From positions 7,521 through 71,520 of the forward strand of contig CANRCC010000003.1 in assembly GCA_947629025.1 (NCBI GenBank): DNA of 64,000 bases. Direction: 5' to 3'. Made by a program: the position numbers and the translations under genes. Source of the DNA: an uncultured Bacilli bacterium (GTDB lineage Bacteria; Bacillota_I; Bacilli_A; RF39; UBA660). Below the pieces are notes generated by a model, which searched no databases, was not told where the DNA came from, and saw only the letters and a program-made list of their open reading frames with translations. Shown here one piece after another: positions 62,021 to 64,000 of this stretch; position 1 is the first letter of the stretch; each line of letters starts with the position of its first letter.

Positions 62021-62434
62021 TTAATATTGACTATAATTATTTGTAGTATACTTATTTTTACATTTTATATATGAATTATATATTAGTTCATATTGATCAT
62101 TTTCTATATTAATTTCATTTGATATAATTACATATCCTGTACATTTTTCTGCTAATTTATTAGTAACTAATCCTTGTTTTTTTAATGAACTTAGTGTTAC
62201 TTTTCTCTCTTCTCCTTCTTCTAATTCTAGATTTTTGATATTAAGATAATTTTCTGCATTTGATTCCAGTTCTTCTTCAAATTCTTTATATCTTTCTACA
62301 CTATTACTTTTTGATATGCTAATGCCTATAATAGAACCTATTATTATTATTAATACTATTATTATTAATAAAAGCATTCCTCTTGTTAAAACAAATCTAT
62401 CTTTCATGTTTACTCCTTTCTTATTATTTTTCAA
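62021..62434 (-). CDS. Small membrane-anchored protein paralogous to the N-terminal domain of 60650-61957
   Basis: The sequence ...[10 protein letters not shown]...YIKCKNKY aligns with ...CVGYVIVKSYS...YIKCGRIY of the neighbouring protein. Confidence 0.5.
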   Translation of the reverse strand: MKNNKKGVNMKDRFVLTRGMLLLIIIVLIIIIGSIIGISISKSNSVERYKEFEEELESNAENYLNIKNLELEEGEERKVTLSSLKKQGLVTNKLAEKCTGYVIISNEINIENDQYELIYNSYIKCKNKYTTNNYSQY

Positions 62435-63434
62435 TAATATCTATTAAATATTTTGCTGTTCTTATCATTTGTGAGGTATAACTCATTTCATTATCATACC
62501 AAGATGCCACTTTAACTAACTGCTTACCATTTGAATTAATTACCTTTGTTTGGGTAGCATCAAATAACGAACCATATGTTATTCCAATTACATCACTTGA
62601 TACTATTTCATCTTCTGTATATCCAAGTGCTTCACTAACATTTTTTTTCATAATAGAATTTATCTCTTCTTTTGTTACATCTTTTTCAAGTTCACATATT
62701 AACTCTACTATTGAACCTGATGCAACTGGTACTCTTTGAGCAGTTCCATCTAACTTACCATTAAGTTCCTTTATTACAAGACCAATTGCTTTTGCAGCCC
62801 CTGTACTATTTGGAACTATGTTACTTGCTGCTGCTCTTCCTCTTCTTAAATCACCTTTTTTATGTGGAGAATCTAATGTATTTTGATCATTTGTATATGC
62901 ATGTATTGTACTCATAAAACCAACTTTTATTTTAAAATTATCATTTAATACTTTTGCAATAGGTGCAAGACAATTTGTTGTACAACTTGCTGTTGATATT
63001 ATTTCTTCACTTCCATCAAGTGTATCATTATTAACACCATAAACTATTGTTTCTACATCATCACCAGCTGGAGCTGAAATAATAACTCTTTTAGCTCCTG
63101 CATCTATATGTTTTTTTGCTTTATCTTTACTAGTAAAAAATCCTGTACATTCTAAAACAACATCAATATTAAGATTTCCCCAAGGCAAATTAATTGGATC
63201 ACTTTCTTTAAATACTTTTATCTTTTTACCATTAACAATTATATTATCTTCATCATATGATATATCATCATTTTTATATCTTCCTTGTGAAGTATCATAT
63301 TTTAAAAGATATGCTAATGTCTTTGTATCAGTTAAATCATTAATTGCCACAATATCAAAATCATTATCATCAAACATTTTTCTAAATGCTAGTCTTCCTA
63401 TTCTACCAAACCCATTTATTGCAATTTTTACCAT
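62424..63434 (-). CDS. gap: Glyceraldehyde-3-phosphate dehydrogenase
   Basis: [14 protein letters not shown]. Active-site [17 protein letters not shown] ribosome-binding site. Confidence 0.95.
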   Translation of the reverse strand: MVKIAINGFGRIGRLAFRKMFDDNDFDIVAINDLTDTKTLAYLLKYDTSQGRYKNDDISYDEDNIIVNGKKIKVFKESDPINLPWGNLNIDVVLECTGFFTSKDKAKKHIDAGAKRVIISAPAGDDVETIVYGVNNDTLDGSEEIISTASCTTNCLAPIAKVLNDNFKIKVGFMSTIHAYTNDQNTLDSPHKKGDLRRGRAAASNIVPNSTGAAKAIGLVIKELNGKLDGTAQRVPVASGSIVELICELEKDVTKEEINSIMKKNVSEALGYTEDEIVSSDVIGITYGSLFDATQTKVINSNGKQLVKVASWYDNEMSYTSQMIRTAKYLIDIIEK

Positions 63435-63449
63435 AATCATGCTCCTTTC

Positions 63450-64000
63450 TTAAACCCTAAAATAACCATTACCAATAAATTCTCTTAATATAGAATCATG
63501 TGGTATATTATCATTTGATATAGGTAATATATTTTTTAATAAATTTAATAATCTTACTGCTTCTTTATAATTTTCATCATCTTCTAACACTGAAAATAAT
63601 AAAGGTTCTGCATATGTTTTTATTACACCAAGTTCATATATAAGAGATGTATTAAATACTACATCTGCTTCATCTTGGAATGGAAAAATATATTTTTCTT
63701 CTCCTATTCTTACTTGTTTCCAAGAAGATAATGTTTCTGAAGCTGAATAACCTCTTGTTCTATTATCTCTTATTATTCTTCTAAGCAATCTATTATCACT
63801 TGTTTTTATTCTATTATGATTATCTAAACTCAATACTGTTAATGGACTTAAATAAATTTTAAATTTATTTTTTCTATCAATTGAATATGTTAATTTTTCA
63901 TTTAATGCATGTAAGCCCTCTATTATTAATATTTCATTTTCATCTAACTTTATTTTATCAGTTACATATTCTCTTTTACCAGTTATAAAATTATATGTTG
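63450..64000 (-). CDS. Uridine kinase/phosphoribulokinase-family protein, N-terminally truncated by window edge
   Basis: RRIIRDNRTRGYSASETLSSW...ADVVFN resembles the Udk C-terminal region. The frame stays open upstream to position 64000 (...IIEGLHALNE...). The track ORF start at 63833 is a TTG. Confidence 0.65.
   Translation of the reverse strand, partial: TYNFITGKREYVTDKIKLDENEILIIEGLHALNEKLTYSIDRKNKFKIYLSPLTVLSLDNHNRIKTSDNRLLRRIIRDNRTRGYSASETLSSWKQVRIGEEKYIFPFQDEADVVFNTSLIYELGVIKTYAEPLLFSVLEDDENYKEAVRLLNLLKNILPISNDNIPHDSILREFIGNGYFRV

Noticed and set aside
1-64000. CRISPR arrays, integrases, transposases, reverse transcriptases
   Set aside because: No regularly spaced direct repeats, no tyrosine or serine recombinase, no DDE transposase and no reverse-transcriptase motifs were found in any frame. 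The tRNA-adjacent block therefore lacks hallmark mobility genes.

Overview
This is a 64 kb chromosomal window from a very AT-rich (about 25% GC) endospore-forming Firmicute (Clostridia- or Erysipelotrichia-like). It uses the standard genetic code and has strong GGAGG-type ribosome-binding sites. About 85% of the coding sequence is on the minus strand. Most of the window is conserved housekeeping and sporulation content. It carries glycolysis genes (gap, pgk, tpiA), spo0A with 0A boxes, a gerA-type spore germination operon (A-C-B), and the cell-division and RNA-processing genes ezrA, ftsK/spoIIIE and rnj. It also carries rpsD, tyrS with a T-box leader, an HrcA/CIRCE-controlled htpG and clpB (a ClpB with no N-domain), rubrerythrin, mscL, several rRNA-modification enzymes, an M16 peptidase pair, deoD and a tRNA-Arg(CCT). 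Three stretches look accessory and are the main candidates for an undescribed system. (1) Positions 2433-8164 hold two paralogous coiled-coil single-pass membrane proteins that share a near-identical DNA segment and bracket a compact SDR, DEDDh-exonuclease and membrane-protein operon. (2) Positions 26983-36864 form a roughly 10 kb block of seven ORFans followed by tandem HD-domain paralogs and a transglutaminase-like protein. The block ends at the 3' end of tRNA-Arg, and one ORFan is flanked by a perfect 42-bp direct repeat. The ORFans include an inactivated DnaQ-like exonuclease paralog and an HExxH protein. (3) The gap-pgk-tpi operon is interrupted by two inserted gene pairs. No CRISPR array, integrase, transposase or reverse transcriptase was seen. 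All domain calls come from motif recognition by eye, and no database search was run.
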